Shown here in pieces: positions 53,626-64,000 of a stretch of 64,000 bases of DNA. This DNA comes from Candidatus Cloacimonadales bacterium. Its GTDB lineage: Bacteria > Cloacimonadota > Cloacimonadia > Cloacimonadales > DAONDQ01. The DNA lies in the NCBI GenBank assembly GCA_963662275.1, contig OY759316.1, positions 2,912,001 to 2,976,000 of the forward strand. The letters run 5' to 3'. A program made the translations under genes and the position numbers. The notes beneath the pieces were generated by a model. That model was not told where the DNA came from, did no database searches, and worked only from the letters and a program-made list of their open reading frames with translations. Numbering within the stretch: the stretch's first letter is position 1; every line of letters begins with the position of its first letter.

Positions 53626-56414
53626 TGAAAATCCAAGACATTCTTGATGCCTTAACAGCAGAATCTCTGTTAGTTGGATACGTAAATATTGATACAAACC
53701 AGGTAATCTCAGGATTACCTAGAACCAGCTCATCCCTTGTGCAGCAGGATGATATTTTTATTTGTATCAGTGGTTTTCAAGCCGATGGCCATCAATTTGC
53801 CGCAAAAGCCGTTATGCATGGAGCAAGTTTAGTAATCCATGAAAAATCAATTGAAGCAAATCTCCCGGGAATTGGCGTAAAAAATAGCCGGAAAGCAGCA
53901 GCTATCCTAGCAAAACTGTATTATCATAATCCTTCATCAAAATTCAAATTAATTGGTGTTACTGGAACTAATGGGAAAACTACAATTACTACGCTCATCT
54001 CTCAACTGCTTACAGCGCAGGAGAAAAAAGTCGGTTTAATCGGTACTTTAGGTTATTCCATATTAGGCGTTCATTATCCATCTAATAGAACTACACCGGA
54101 TATCATGGATTTGAATAGGATTTTTTCTGATATGGTGAGTGCCGGTTGTGAATATGTAGTAATGGAAGTTTCTTCTCATGCATTAGCACTTGAACGGGTA
54201 TATGGGTTAGAGTTTGATTTTTCTATATTTACAAATTTATCCAGAGACCATTTAGACTTTCACCAGGATATGGAATCATATGCACAGGCAAAATTCCTCT
54301 TATTTGAATACCTGTTAAAAAATAATGGACACGCTTTAATTAATATAGATGATTCATATGGATTAACCTTTTATAAGAAGATTCATACCAATTGTTCTTC
54401 CATTTCTTTTGTAGAAGGCGACTTTAAAATCAGCAATATTCATCAGAACCTGGATATAAGCGAATTCACGTTGATTCATGAAAATCAGAATACTACAATA
54501 AAATCTACCTTACTTGGTAAATTCAATATCATGAATGTAGCAATGGCTATCGCTACAACTCATATGATTTTACCTCAAACTTCCTGGGAAGAACTTTCCG
54601 CGATTGCAGAAGTACTTAAACCTCCTGTAGGGCGACTTGAAGCTGTTATCAATCATCAACATGTGGGTGTTTTTGTAGATTATGCTCATACTCCAGATGC
54701 CCTGGAAAATGTATTGAATACGTTACAGGAATTGAAACCTCATCGGTTATTATGCTTAATCGGTTCCGGCGGAGATCGGGATAAGGGAAAACGTCCTGAA
54801 ATGGGAAAAGTAGCTGTTAGTCATGCGGATATAACAATTTTTACAGATGATAACCCACGTTCAGAAAGTCCAGTTCAAATCATTCGGGATATGGTGGCAG
54901 ATCTAGATCCTTTTGATTCATTCTGGATCATTCGGAATAGGAAAATAGCCATAGAATCAATACTTCATTTAGCTCAACCGGGAGATATTGTACTCTTAGC
55001 TGGAAAAGGACATGAGACATACCAGGAAATCAATGGAGAAAAGCAGCATTTTGACGATCGTGAAATTGCCGATGCGTATTTAAAAGCAGAATTAATATCC
55101 GATGATAGTATCCTGGCTCTCCCAATTGATCCCCTGATGTTGGAATTTGTATATGGTACCAAGATCAACTTATTAGAAAAAGATACCGTTCTTACTTCCA
55201 TATCGACAGATTCACGAAAGATTGGCAATAATGCTCTATTTTTTGCCATTAAAGGGGATAACTTCGATGGACATACATATGTAGAGGATGTGTTAAGAGA
55301 TACATCCTGCTACGCTGTAGTATCCACTCATCCAGCAAAGCATGAGCAGGCAATATTGGTAGAAGACACTGTTAAAGCATTGGGATTGCTTGCTGAGAAA
55401 TATCTGAGCTTATTCAGAGTAAAGAAAATCGCTCTTACCGGAAGTGTTGGAAAAACAACGACAAAAGAATTCATCTTTAATATTATGAACATTCATGGCA
55501 GCACTTTAAAAACCCTGGCTAACGAAAATAACTATATTGGACTGCCAAAGACTATTTTCAGAGTCCAACCAAATCACAAGTTTGCTGTTCTCGAATTAGG
55601 AACGAATCACTCTGGTGAAATTCAGATGCTGGCAGATATTTGCCATCCAGATATAGGAATAATTACAAATATTGGACCTTCTCACCTGGAGTTCTTTGAT
55701 AATGAAGATGGAGTTTTCCAGGAAAAGATTTTCTTATTTAAAAGACACTTGGAAGCATTGATTTATCCTGGTGATGATGTTAGGTTTGCCTCCTATATGG
55801 GAAAAGGGATTTCCTTTGGATTAGAACCTCATAATACCTATCACTTGAAAGAAGTTTCCGGAATGGGCAACGAAACACATATTAAAATTAACAACGAAAG
55901 CTATCAATATGCTTCTCCCGTTCCCTTTTATGCCATGAATGTGCTGATAGCAGTTGCAGTGGGAAAGCTCCTGGGATTCTCTGAAACATCTATACAAAAG
56001 GGTTTGAATAACAATATCGATTTGGGGTGGCGGATGAAAGTCCAGGAATCAGGTAAAAGAAAACTAATCCTTGATTGTTACAATGCAAATCCTATGTCTA
56101 TGCTTGCCGCTTTGGAATATTGGGTATTAGTGGAGCCTAAACGTCCTCATATAGCCATTCTTGGCGACATGCTAGAACTGGGTGATCGCACTGATTCATA
56201 CCATCAGCAAGTAAGTAACTATTTGAAAATGAAACATCTCGATGTGATTATCACAGTTGGAGAAAAAGCCAAGCTTTATGGAGGGGATTCTCACTTTCAG
56301 AATGTTGATTTATTGATTGAATCAGGAATCCTGCAATCTCTAGATCCAGAAGCAATCATTCTTTTGAAAGCGTCACACGGAATTCATCTTGAAAAACTCA
56401 TAGGTAGGCTATAA
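53625..56414 (+). CDS. murEF: Fused MurE-MurF ligase
   Basis: MurE half: GTNGKTT, MEVSSH, DYAHTPD, DNPR, AGKGHE. MurF half: STDSR, GSVGKTTTK, ELGTNH.GEI, D.YNANP, GDMLELG, KASHG. Confidence 0.93.
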   Translation: MKIQDILDALTAESLLVGYVNIDTNQVISGLPRTSSSLVQQDDIFICISGFQADGHQFAAKAVMHGASLVIHEKSIEANLPGIGVKNSRKAAAILAKLYYHNPSSKFKLIGVTGTNGKTTITTLISQLLTAQEKKVGLIGTLGYSILGVHYPSNRTTPDIMDLNRIFSDMVSAGCEYVVMEVSSHALALERVYGLEFDFSIFTNLSRDHLDFHQDMESYAQAKFLLFEYLLKNNGHALINIDDSYGLTFYKKIHTNCSSISFVEGDFKISNIHQNLDISEFTLIHENQNTTIKSTLLGKFNIMNVAMAIATTHMILPQTSWEELSAIAEVLKPPVGRLEAVINHQHVGVFVDYAHTPDALENVLNTLQELKPHRLLCLIGSGGDRDKGKRPEMGKVAVSHADITIFTDDNPRSESPVQIIRDMVADLDPFDSFWIIRNRKIAIESILHLAQPGDIVLLAGKGHETYQEINGEKQHFDDREIADAYLKAELISDDSILALPIDPLMLEFVYGTKINLLEKDTVLTSISTDSRKIGNNALFFAIKGDNFDGHTYVEDVLRDTSCYAVVSTHPAKHEQAILVEDTVKALGLLAEKYLSLFRVKKIALTGSVGKTTTKEFIFNIMNIHGSTLKTLANENNYIGLPKTIFRVQPNHKFAVLELGTNHSGEIQMLADICHPDIGIITNIGPSHLEFFDNEDGVFQEKIFLFKRHLEALIYPGDDVRFASYMGKGISFGLEPHNTYHLKEVSGMGNETHIKINNESYQYASPVPFYAMNVLIAVAVGKLLGFSETSIQKGLNNNIDLGWRMKVQESGKRKLILDCYNANPMSMLAALEYWVLVEPKRPHIAILGDMLELGDRTDSYHQQVSNYLKMKHLDVIITVGEKAKLYGGDSHFQNVDLLIESGILQSLDPEAIILLKASHGIHLEKLIGRL

Positions 56415-57517
56415 TGTTCTATGAATTGTTCTCACCCTTAGCTTCAAATAGTATTGTTTTCAACGTATTCAGATATATCACATTTCGATCTGCTGCTGCG
56501 TTCATCACAGCATTACTCTTTTCCTTTATTATAGGTCCCTTGATTATCAGCATCTTAAAGAAAAAGCAAGCAGTGGAGACAATTGATGAAGATGTACCGG
56601 AGAGACATCGCTCAAAACAAGGTACTCCAACCATGGGCGGTCTGATCATACTATTCGGCTTAATACTTACCAGTTTATTATGGAATGATCTCTCGAATAG
56701 TTATATCTGGCTCATGATGCTAACTACTATTTGGCTCGGTATCTTTGGGTTTCTTGATGATTACCTGAAGAATTTTATCAAAGCAAAGAAAGGTCTAGTA
56801 CCTAAATATAAATTGTTAGGGCAAGTGAGTCTTGCCATTATCGTAGCTTTAGCAATTTATTACAGTAAAACTGATAATTCTGCCTTGACTACAATTCAAA
56901 TTCCATTCTTAAAAAATACATTCATTCAATTAGGATGGTTTTTTATTCCTTTTGTGGTATTAATGATCGTTGGTACTTCAAATGCAGTAAACCTGACAGA
57001 CGGTTTGGATGGCTTGGCGGCAGGAGTAATTGCTTTCTCCTTATTAGCTTTAGGTATCATGGCATATATTAAAGGCAATTTTGTTCTTGCCAGTTATTTG
57101 AGAGTTGAATTCATCATGGAAGCAGGCGAATTAACTGTGTTCACCTTTGCCTTAATTGGTACGATGCTCGGGTTTCTATGGTTTAATACGCATCCGGCTC
57201 AAGTCTTTATGGGAGATACTGGATCTTTAGCTTTAGGTGGAATCCTGGCACTGCTTTCAATTCTCTTGCGAGAACAGATTTTCTTCTTTATTGTAGGTTT
57301 GATATTCGTAGCTGAAGTAATTTCTGTTATGGTACAGCGATATTATTTTAAATATACAAAGAAAACTACTGGGCAGGGAAGACGGATTTTTCGTTGTGCC
57401 CCAATACATCATCACTTTGAATTAGGCGGTTTACCCGAACCTAAAATAGTTGTACGTTTTTGGATTATTGCGGCTTTACTTGCAGCAGTAGGATTGGCAA
57501 CCTTAAAACTTAGGTAA
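56414..57517 (+). CDS. mraY: Phospho-MurNAc-pentapeptide transferase
   Basis: K.GTPTMGG, DDY, NAVNLTDGLDGLA, FMGDTGS, APIHHHFE motifs. Confidence 0.97.
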   Translation: MFYELFSPLASNSIVFNVFRYITFRSAAAFITALLFSFIIGPLIISILKKKQAVETIDEDVPERHRSKQGTPTMGGLIILFGLILTSLLWNDLSNSYIWLMMLTTIWLGIFGFLDDYLKNFIKAKKGLVPKYKLLGQVSLAIIVALAIYYSKTDNSALTTIQIPFLKNTFIQLGWFFIPFVVLMIVGTSNAVNLTDGLDGLAAGVIAFSLLALGIMAYIKGNFVLASYLRVEFIMEAGELTVFTFALIGTMLGFLWFNTHPAQVFMGDTGSLALGGILALLSILLREQIFFFIVGLIFVAEVISVMVQRYYFKYTKKTTGQGRRIFRCAPIHHHFELGGLPEPKIVVRFWIIAALLAAVGLATLKLR

Positions 57518-57524
57518 AAGAAAT

Positions 57525-58874
57525 ATGATTAATTTAAACATTCGTTATGGAATCCTGGGTCTGGCTCGCAGCGGACTTGCTGCTGCCTGGAAAATTCGGG
57601 AAATGGGTGGAAAGCCATTTCTGAGTGAATCAAAGCCAGCAAGTGAGTTTCCACAAGCAGATACTATTGCAGAGGAATTTGCTTGTGAATTTGGTGGTCA
57701 TACCGATCGCATCTTAGATTGTGATGTGCTGATTGTTAGTCCTGGAATTCCCTTAGAGACTCCTATTATCAAGAAAGCAAATGCAAAAGGAATCAAACTG
57801 ATTAGCGAATTGGAATTTGGATATCTGGTCAAATCACCAGACAGTAAAATTATTGCTGTCACAGGTTCAAATGGGAAGAGTACAACGGTTAGTTTAATAC
57901 ATCATTTTTTGAAAGCGGCTGGTTATAATTCCTTGCTGGCAGGCAACATTGGTAATGCCTTTACAGGATTTGAGATTGATAAACCCGGTATTGATTTTAT
58001 TGTCCTCGAAATCAGCAGTTTTCAGCTTGACCTAATAGATACTTTCAAACCTGATATAGCCCTGTTATTAAATATTACACCGGATCATCTCAATCGCTAT
58101 GCATCCTTTGAGCATTATGCACTCAGTAAGATGAGGATATTTGAAAACCAGGATGCAAATGATTATGCAATTATCAACGCTGATGACCCCGTTATTCACG
58201 GATTAGAGCATATGATCCATTCTAAAAAACAATATTTCTCAATGATCAAGTCATCTGATGCTTATTTCCAGGATGGCAGACTTACTTTTCCAAATAAACA
58301 GGAAACTATTCCGGTACTGGATTTGAAAATACGCGGACCCCATAATTATGCAAACTGTCTCTCCTCTGTTCTTGCAGCATTTATTGCTGGTGTTGATAAA
58401 AAAACTATCAGCACCAGCATAAATGCATTTCTACCCTTGCATCATAGACTTGAGTATGCCGGTGATATTCATGGCGTTCAATTTATTAATGATTCAAAAG
58501 CAACAAATACTGATTCCGTGAAATATGCACTTCAATCTTTTGACTCTAAAGTAAGGATCATAATGGGTGGATCGGATAAGGGTGAGGATTTTAGTGTACT
58601 GATCCCTTACTTGAAGGAACATGCAAAAAAAATGTATCTCATTGGAGCAACTCGACCTTTAATGCGACATGCATATCAGGATGCGTTAGAATTTGAAGAA
58701 TTTAACTCCTTGGAAGATTGTGTCAAAAAAGCTTATCTTGATTCCAGTGAAAATGACATCATCCTTTTATCTCCTGCATGTGCAAGTTATGATATGTTCA
58801 GTAATTTTGAACATCGGGGAGAAACTTTTAAAAGCATCGTACAGGACTTGAAAAATGAATACCCGTCAAAGTAA
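57525..58874 (+). CDS. murD: UDP-MurNAc-L-Ala:D-Glu ligase
   Basis: VSPGIP, GSNGKST, EISSFQL, NDSKATN, LSPACAS.D.F motifs. Confidence 0.97.
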   Translation: MINLNIRYGILGLARSGLAAAWKIREMGGKPFLSESKPASEFPQADTIAEEFACEFGGHTDRILDCDVLIVSPGIPLETPIIKKANAKGIKLISELEFGYLVKSPDSKIIAVTGSNGKSTTVSLIHHFLKAAGYNSLLAGNIGNAFTGFEIDKPGIDFIVLEISSFQLDLIDTFKPDIALLLNITPDHLNRYASFEHYALSKMRIFENQDANDYAIINADDPVIHGLEHMIHSKKQYFSMIKSSDAYFQDGRLTFPNKQETIPVLDLKIRGPHNYANCLSSVLAAFIAGVDKKTISTSINAFLPLHHRLEYAGDIHGVQFINDSKATNTDSVKYALQSFDSKVRIIMGGSDKGEDFSVLIPYLKEHAKKMYLIGATRPLMRHAYQDALEFEEFNSLEDCVKKAYLDSSENDIILLSPACASYDMFSNFEHRGETFKSIVQDLKNEYPSK

Positions 58875-60000
58875 AAGCCAAGTATATATTGCAGATTTCG
58901 ATAGATCTGTGTTTTTTTCCTATCTTGTCCTTTGCATGATTGGTTTAGGAGTACTCCTTGATATCAGTTCTGTTCGTGAAAATATGAATTATTTCTATAA
59001 GCAGGTGATGTATTTAGTACCAGCACTTTTAATAATGTTTGCAGCCTTGTATTACCCTAATTTGCAAAAATTGAAGAAATTCAACTCTCTCTGGATTGGA
59101 ATCGCAATTACTTTATTGATTGCAGTTCTTATTTTTGGACATAATGTTAATGGCGCTAGAAGATTCTTGAAAATTGGACCCTTTCTTTTTCAGCCAAGTT
59201 TTTTAGCTCGTATCGCGCTTGTATTTTACGCTGCTGGTGTTCTTTCTCGGAAGCAAGTTGAAATTCATGAGAAAAATCTTGTCGAATTACTCAAGTCTTT
59301 CCTTCCTCTATTTATTACTGTAATTGTAATATTTTTTTTGATTTTAACTGAAAAACATCTGAGTACCCTGGTAATTTCTGGCTGTACCCTCTTCGCTATG
59401 TTCTGGATAGCAGGAATACGAAAAAGATTCGTCTTCGGAATATTAATTGTGGGTATGCTAGCAGGTCTTTTCGTGATTACAAAAGGAGCAGATTACCGTG
59501 GTGAACGAATCGAAATCTACAAAAAATACTCTCTCTTTACCAAACCCCATGTAGCAAAAGTAAATCCCGAAAAAGAGTATCAGACCCGAGAAAGCCTAAC
59601 AGCCCTGTCTAATGGAAAATTATTCGGAACAGGTGTAGACAAGGGTAGAGCAAAGCATTTCTTTCTACCGGAATCAAGAACCGACTACGTTTTTACCATC
59701 ATCGGTGAAGAAAGCGGTTTTGCTGGAGCGCTCTTGGTTTTTAGCTTACAATGTTTCCTGTTTTGGAAAGCTTTTCAACTTTCGTTTAAGCAGGAGGATA
59801 TATATCTCAGATATCTCGGGATAGGTCTAGCCTTAAACATCTTTCTAAATGTACTAGTGAATGTTGGTGTTGCTATGTCTGCACTTCCCTCTACCGGTGT
59901 TACTTTACCATTTATCAGTTATGGTGGAACATCTCTTTTGATTGATTCTTTAACCATTGGACTTTTACTCAATATTAGTGCTAAGCGTAAGGAAATATAG
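58855..60000 (+). CDS. ftsW: SEDS protein FtsW
   Basis: NGARR, FQPS, LPE..TDY.F, TGVTLPFISYGGTS motifs. Confidence 0.93.
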   Translation: MNTRQSKSQVYIADFDRSVFFSYLVLCMIGLGVLLDISSVRENMNYFYKQVMYLVPALLIMFAALYYPNLQKLKKFNSLWIGIAITLLIAVLIFGHNVNGARRFLKIGPFLFQPSFLARIALVFYAAGVLSRKQVEIHEKNLVELLKSFLPLFITVIVIFFLILTEKHLSTLVISGCTLFAMFWIAGIRKRFVFGILIVGMLAGLFVITKGADYRGERIEIYKKYSLFTKPHVAKVNPEKEYQTRESLTALSNGKLFGTGVDKGRAKHFFLPESRTDYVFTIIGEESGFAGALLVFSLQCFLFWKAFQLSFKQEDIYLRYLGIGLALNIFLNVLVNVGVAMSALPSTGVTLPFISYGGTSLLIDSLTIGLLLNISAKRKEI

Positions 60001-61082
60001 TGAAAATCATTGTTGCAGCAGGAGGTACAGGGGGACATATCCTTCCTGCCTTAGCTATAACGGAAGAACTGCAAAAACTCGGTTGCGAAATTTTGTACAT
60101 TGGCAATAAGAACAGCATGGAAGAGCGTCTGACTAAATCACTGAATATATCATTTGCTCAAATTGATGTACAAAAGCTCTACCGAAGCTTCACCTTTGCA
60201 CATATCAAATTCCCTTATAAACTTCTGAGTAGTGTTATCGGTTCTATTCATTTATTCAGAAAATTCAAGCCTGATGCGTTTGTTGGAACGGGGGGATTTG
60301 TTAGTGGTCCAGTGGGATTGGTAGCAATCTTTACAGGTACACCTATTTTTTGGCAGGAACAGAATAGCTTGCCTGGTATTACGACACGCTTTATTTCCAG
60401 ATTTGCTAAACGTATTTTTATTGCCTATAATGGAGCTTTGAATTATCTTCCAAAAGAGAAATGCCTATTGGTTGGAAATCCAATTCACCCAAGTATTCTT
60501 ATTGAGAAAGACAAGCTGGATGCCAGGAAATATAGTCTAGCTGAAGGAAATAAAACACTCTTGATTCTTGGTGGTAGCCAAGGTTCCACGGCGATTAATA
60601 ACATTATCATGCAAATTATAAATCAATTATCGTTAAATAAAATCAATCTTTTATGGCAGTGTGGAAAGCGTGATTATGATTCTCTTCATAGTAAAATAAG
60701 TAATTTGCCAGGAATTTATCTTTTCCCATTCTCACATGAAATGGGGAAAATCTATAATTCTGCTGACATGGCAATCGCACGTGCAGGAGCATTAACTCTT
60801 GCTGAACTAGAAATGAAAAAGGTTCCGGCTATCCTAATTCCTTTGCCTACATCCGCAGGGAATCACCAGGTATTCAATGCCCTTGAACAGGAAGAAAAAG
60901 GTATTGCCAAAGTGATTGAGCAAAAGAATCTAAATCCTGATATTTTACTTCTATCCATTAAGGAAATGCTGGACAATATTAATCATTTTAAATCGAACTC
61001 TAATAATAGACAAGAAATGAAATCAGCTTCTGTTATTGCGCATAAGATCATTGAAGATTTGAGTTTTCATAAACCAATTTAA
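60000..61082 (+). CDS. murG: Lipid II GlcNAc transferase
   Basis: GGTGGHI.P, GGFVSGP, EQN, GGSQG, RAGA.T motifs. Confidence 0.97.
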   Translation: MKIIVAAGGTGGHILPALAITEELQKLGCEILYIGNKNSMEERLTKSLNISFAQIDVQKLYRSFTFAHIKFPYKLLSSVIGSIHLFRKFKPDAFVGTGGFVSGPVGLVAIFTGTPIFWQEQNSLPGITTRFISRFAKRIFIAYNGALNYLPKEKCLLVGNPIHPSILIEKDKLDARKYSLAEGNKTLLILGGSQGSTAINNIIMQIINQLSLNKINLLWQCGKRDYDSLHSKISNLPGIYLFPFSHEMGKIYNSADMAIARAGALTLAELEMKKVPAILIPLPTSAGNHQVFNALEQEEKGIAKVIEQKNLNPDILLLSIKEMLDNINHFKSNSNNRQEMKSASVIAHKIIEDLSFHKPI

Positions 61083-61091
61083 GGACGTATT

Positions 61092-62468
61092 ATGTTAGGA
61101 AGAACAAAGAAAATACATTTTGTTGGCATCGGCGGTATCGGGATGAGTGGTATAGCAGAATTACTCTTTAACCAGGGTATTGAGATTTCAGGCTCTGATA
61201 TGAAGAAATCAGAAATCACCAAACACTTGGAAAGTATTGGAATTAGAGTAGTTGAAGGACATGATCCAAATCTTATCAGTGATGTTGATGTGGTTGTAAA
61301 ATCATCAGCAGTACATGATGATAATCCTGAAATACAAGCTGCAAAAGCTCTTAAAATTCCTGTTATCCGACGTGCAGAAATGCTAGCTGAAATTACTAGA
61401 ATGAGCTATAGTATCGGGATCGCAGGAACACATGGGAAAACTTCTACAACTTCAATGGTTGGAATGGTCTTGGACATTGCAGGTTTGGAGCCTACAATAA
61501 TCGTTGGTGGAAAAGTGATGAATTTCGGTTCAAACAACCTTATGGGCAGTGGAAAATATATTGTGGTTGAAGCGGACGAATATGATCATTCCTTCCTGAC
61601 ACTAAGCCCCATTATTGCTGGTATCACGAATATTGAAGCGGATCATCTTGATTGTTATTTAGACTTAGATGAAATCAAAGATGCCTTTGTCGAGTTTGCT
61701 AATAAGGTTCCTTTCTTTGGATCAGTCATCGCCTGTCTAGAAGATCCCGGTGTTCAGTCAATTCTTCCATTAATCGAAAAAAAGATTCTGACTTATGGTA
61801 CTTCCAGGCAAGCTGATATTCAAGCTGTTAATATCGTTATGAAAAACTTCATTTCCAGTTTTGATGTTGTTTATAAGAGTTATCGTCTTGGAAATGTCAC
61901 TCTCGCAGTGAATGGAAAACATAATATTCTCAATGCCCTGCTTGCAGTAACTGTAGGATTGGAACTCGATATTCCCTTTGCTTTGATTAAGAAGGGACTG
62001 GAAGAGTATAAGGGTGTTTACAGACGTTCCGAATTAAAAGGAGAAGCAAAAGAAATTGTGGTTTTTGACGATTATGCACATCATCCAACGGAAATTAAAG
62101 CCACTTTGGAAGGATTCAGAGATAGTACAGAAAGACGAATTGTCGTTGCTTTTCAACCGCATCTTTTTAGCCGGACAAGAGATTTTTACCAAGAATTTGG
62201 ACAGGCATTTTTTTCATGTGATGCATTATTTATCACCCCGATATATCCTGCTAGAGAAAAACCTATTGAAGGTGTAAGCGGAAAGATGATAGCTGATGCA
62301 GCTGTCCAATCTGGACATCATCAAGTCAGTTACATTGATAAAAATGAGAGTATTGTGACAGATATCTCTGCTTTTCTCAAGCCGGGTGATATCTTCATAA
62401 CCATGGGTGCTGGCAATATCTGGCAATATGGCGAGGAAATTCTGAATCAATTAAAAGAACCAAAATAA
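61092..62468 (+). CDS. murC: UDP-MurNAc:L-Ala ligase
   Basis: HFVGIGGIGMSG, GTHGKT, EADE, DDYAHHPTE, FQPH motifs. Confidence 0.97.
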   Translation: MLGRTKKIHFVGIGGIGMSGIAELLFNQGIEISGSDMKKSEITKHLESIGIRVVEGHDPNLISDVDVVVKSSAVHDDNPEIQAAKALKIPVIRRAEMLAEITRMSYSIGIAGTHGKTSTTSMVGMVLDIAGLEPTIIVGGKVMNFGSNNLMGSGKYIVVEADEYDHSFLTLSPIIAGITNIEADHLDCYLDLDEIKDAFVEFANKVPFFGSVIACLEDPGVQSILPLIEKKILTYGTSRQADIQAVNIVMKNFISSFDVVYKSYRLGNVTLAVNGKHNILNALLAVTVGLELDIPFALIKKGLEEYKGVYRRSELKGEAKEIVVFDDYAHHPTEIKATLEGFRDSTERRIVVAFQPHLFSRTRDFYQEFGQAFFSCDALFITPIYPAREKPIEGVSGKMIADAAVQSGHHQVSYIDKNESIVTDISAFLKPGDIFITMGAGNIWQYGEEILNQLKEPK

Positions 62469-62623
62469 GGGAATTCAGGATATCAATAAAATATTCATTG
62501 ACAGCTATCGTAATTATATATCTTTTAGAAAGTTAGTTGCATGATATCACTTTCTTGTTTTTTTGTTTTTATCATGCTATCTAGTTATAATTTATATCTG
62601 TTAGTATTTATAGGAGATTTATC

Positions 62624-63391
62624 TTGGCTGCCAATGAATTAAAACGAAAACGAAGAGGAAACAGTAGATATTTTCTATTCTTCCTGATGATCGCATTGGC
62701 ATTGGGAGCTATGAGTTTTGGTTTAATTCAAGTCATGAAGCAAATTTCCTGGTTTAATGTGACTAAAATTGAAATTACAGGGAATCGCTTTCTGGACAAT
62801 AAATTTCTGACTGAAATTGCTCATGATTATATAGGTAAAAACATAATGGCTTTCTCAAAGAAAGATGTAGCAAAAAAATATTTGGCTATCAAGAGAATCC
62901 AGAAAGTGTCGATATCAAAAGTATTGCCTAGTAAATTGAAGATATCTGTTGTAGAACGCAGAAGTATTGTTTATGTGAAGACTGTTGAAGGAAACCTCTT
63001 CCCTATTGATGAAAATAAGATTGTTTTAGATAATCGCCCAACTGTTACTTTGGAAGATATGCCCGTTGTTAACACTGCCTATCAAAATTCACAGATGGTT
63101 GTTGGGAAGAAGTTAGCAAGTCAGTATCTTGAAAGAGTTATTTTGCTCCAGAAAGAATTATTAACTTTGAATCCAGATTTTGAAAGATGTATCTCAGAAT
63201 ATTATATGAAGGATGGACTCTTGTATTTTGTCGAAACTTCAACTGGCGCTCGAATCATCCTGGGGGACCAGAACTTACCCTCACGGATCAGGCGCTTCAT
63301 GTTCCTGAAAGAGAATGGTTCTTTTGAAAAGAACTCTATCTTCGATTTCAGATTTGAAGATCAGGTTGTCGTTAGAAAGGAGGCAGCTTGA
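62624..63391 (+). CDS. ftsQ: Cell division protein FtsQ/DivIB
   Basis: Basic N-terminus, TM segment, POTRA-like F.V..I.I.GN...LPS.L.I.V.ER, C-terminal DFRF; precedes ftsA. Confidence 0.85.
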   Translation: MAANELKRKRRGNSRYFLFFLMIALALGAMSFGLIQVMKQISWFNVTKIEITGNRFLDNKFLTEIAHDYIGKNIMAFSKKDVAKKYLAIKRIQKVSISKVLPSKLKISVVERRSIVYVKTVEGNLFPIDENKIVLDNRPTVTLEDMPVVNTAYQNSQMVVGKKLASQYLERVILLQKELLTLNPDFERCISEYYMKDGLLYFVETSTGARIILGDQNLPSRIRRFMFLKENGSFEKNSIFDFRFEDQVVVRKEAA

Positions 63392-64000
63392 GTAAATATA
63401 TAATCACAGCACTGGATATTGGAACTACTAAGATATGTGCTGTTATTGCCTCTTACACAGAGGATTCAAAGCTGGAAGTGAAAGGGATTGGCTGGAGTGA
63501 ATCTGAAGGTATTGATAAGGGAGTGGTGAAAGATATCCAAGCTGCTTCTGAATCAATTCGCAAAGCTCTTGAAGATGCAGAAACCCAGTCAAAATGTAAT
63601 GCTGATAATATCTTTATGGGCATCACAGGGGAACATATTCGCAGTATTAACACCATTGGCAGAATATCTATCTCTGGTTCATTAGGGAATGAGCCTTCTG
63701 AAATACAACAGGAACACGTAACTCAAGTATTGGATGATGCAAAGAAAAGTATCCGAATTCAGAAAGGAATGGAAAGATTAGAGATTCTTCATGGTATTCC
63801 ACAATTCTATGAGATTGATGGTCAAGACAGTATCCAGAATCCAATCAATATGAGTGGTTTCCATCTCACTGCTCATGTGAATATTATCCTGGCTGATATT
63901 ACAGCGATCAGGAATTTAAAGAAATGCGTGGAAATCGCAGGTTACGAAATTAATGAAATTGTATTAGAACACCTGGCTTGTAGTCTATCTATACTAACTG
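63388..64000 (+). CDS. ftsA: Cell division protein FtsA (3'-truncated by window)
   Basis: TTG start after GGAGG; MSKYIITALDIGTTKIC...GIDKGVV.DI. Confidence 0.93.
   Translation, partial: MSKYIITALDIGTTKICAVIASYTEDSKLEVKGIGWSESEGIDKGVVKDIQAASESIRKALEDAETQSKCNADNIFMGITGEHIRSINTIGRISISGSLGNEPSEIQQEHVTQVLDDAKKSIRIQKGMERLEILHGIPQFYEIDGQDSIQNPINMSGFHLTAHVNIILADITAIRNLKKCVEIAGYEINEIVLEHLACSLSILT

Noticed and set aside
1..64000. DGR reverse transcriptase, avd or template repeat
   Set aside because: I found no ORF with RT motifs and no AAC-rich non-coding copy of the variable regions.

Overview
Low-GC bacterial chromosome segment. The modular secreted proteins and their C-terminal domain suggest Cloacimonadota or a related FCB-group lineage, but this is inference only. 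(1) 1-5574: a 5'-truncated gene for a surface protein with 7 FGE-sulfatase/CLec-fold domains; two internal domains carry a DGR-type variable-region signature, but no RT or template repeat is in the window. (2) 5.7-17 kb: a large GNAT protein, a GntR(YtrA)-ABC-permease-SppA operon, two secreted/lipoproteins and a HEPN-plus-small-partner pair. (3) 17-26.4 kb: a decayed accessory region with several REP-like repeat families, an IS1182 that appears to have replaced a 13-bp palindrome, and a tyrosine recombinase + IS91-like transposase element. That element's ends can be fixed at a shared GTT because it interrupts an AAA-ATPase/DUF4143 relic, and its predicted circle junction resembles an attC site. 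(4) 26.5-48.6 kb: a TPR sigma54 activator followed by two giant paralogous secreted FN3/beta-helix proteins, each preceded by an identically spaced enhancer/IHF/-24/-12 module. (5) 49.7-64 kb: the dcw cluster (mraZ, rsmH, ftsL, ftsI, fused murE-murF, mraY, murD, ftsW, murG, murC, ftsQ, partial ftsA). A dispersed 7-copy hairpin family with covarying stems and ~30-nt variable loops is also present. No rRNA, tRNA or CRISPR array was seen.
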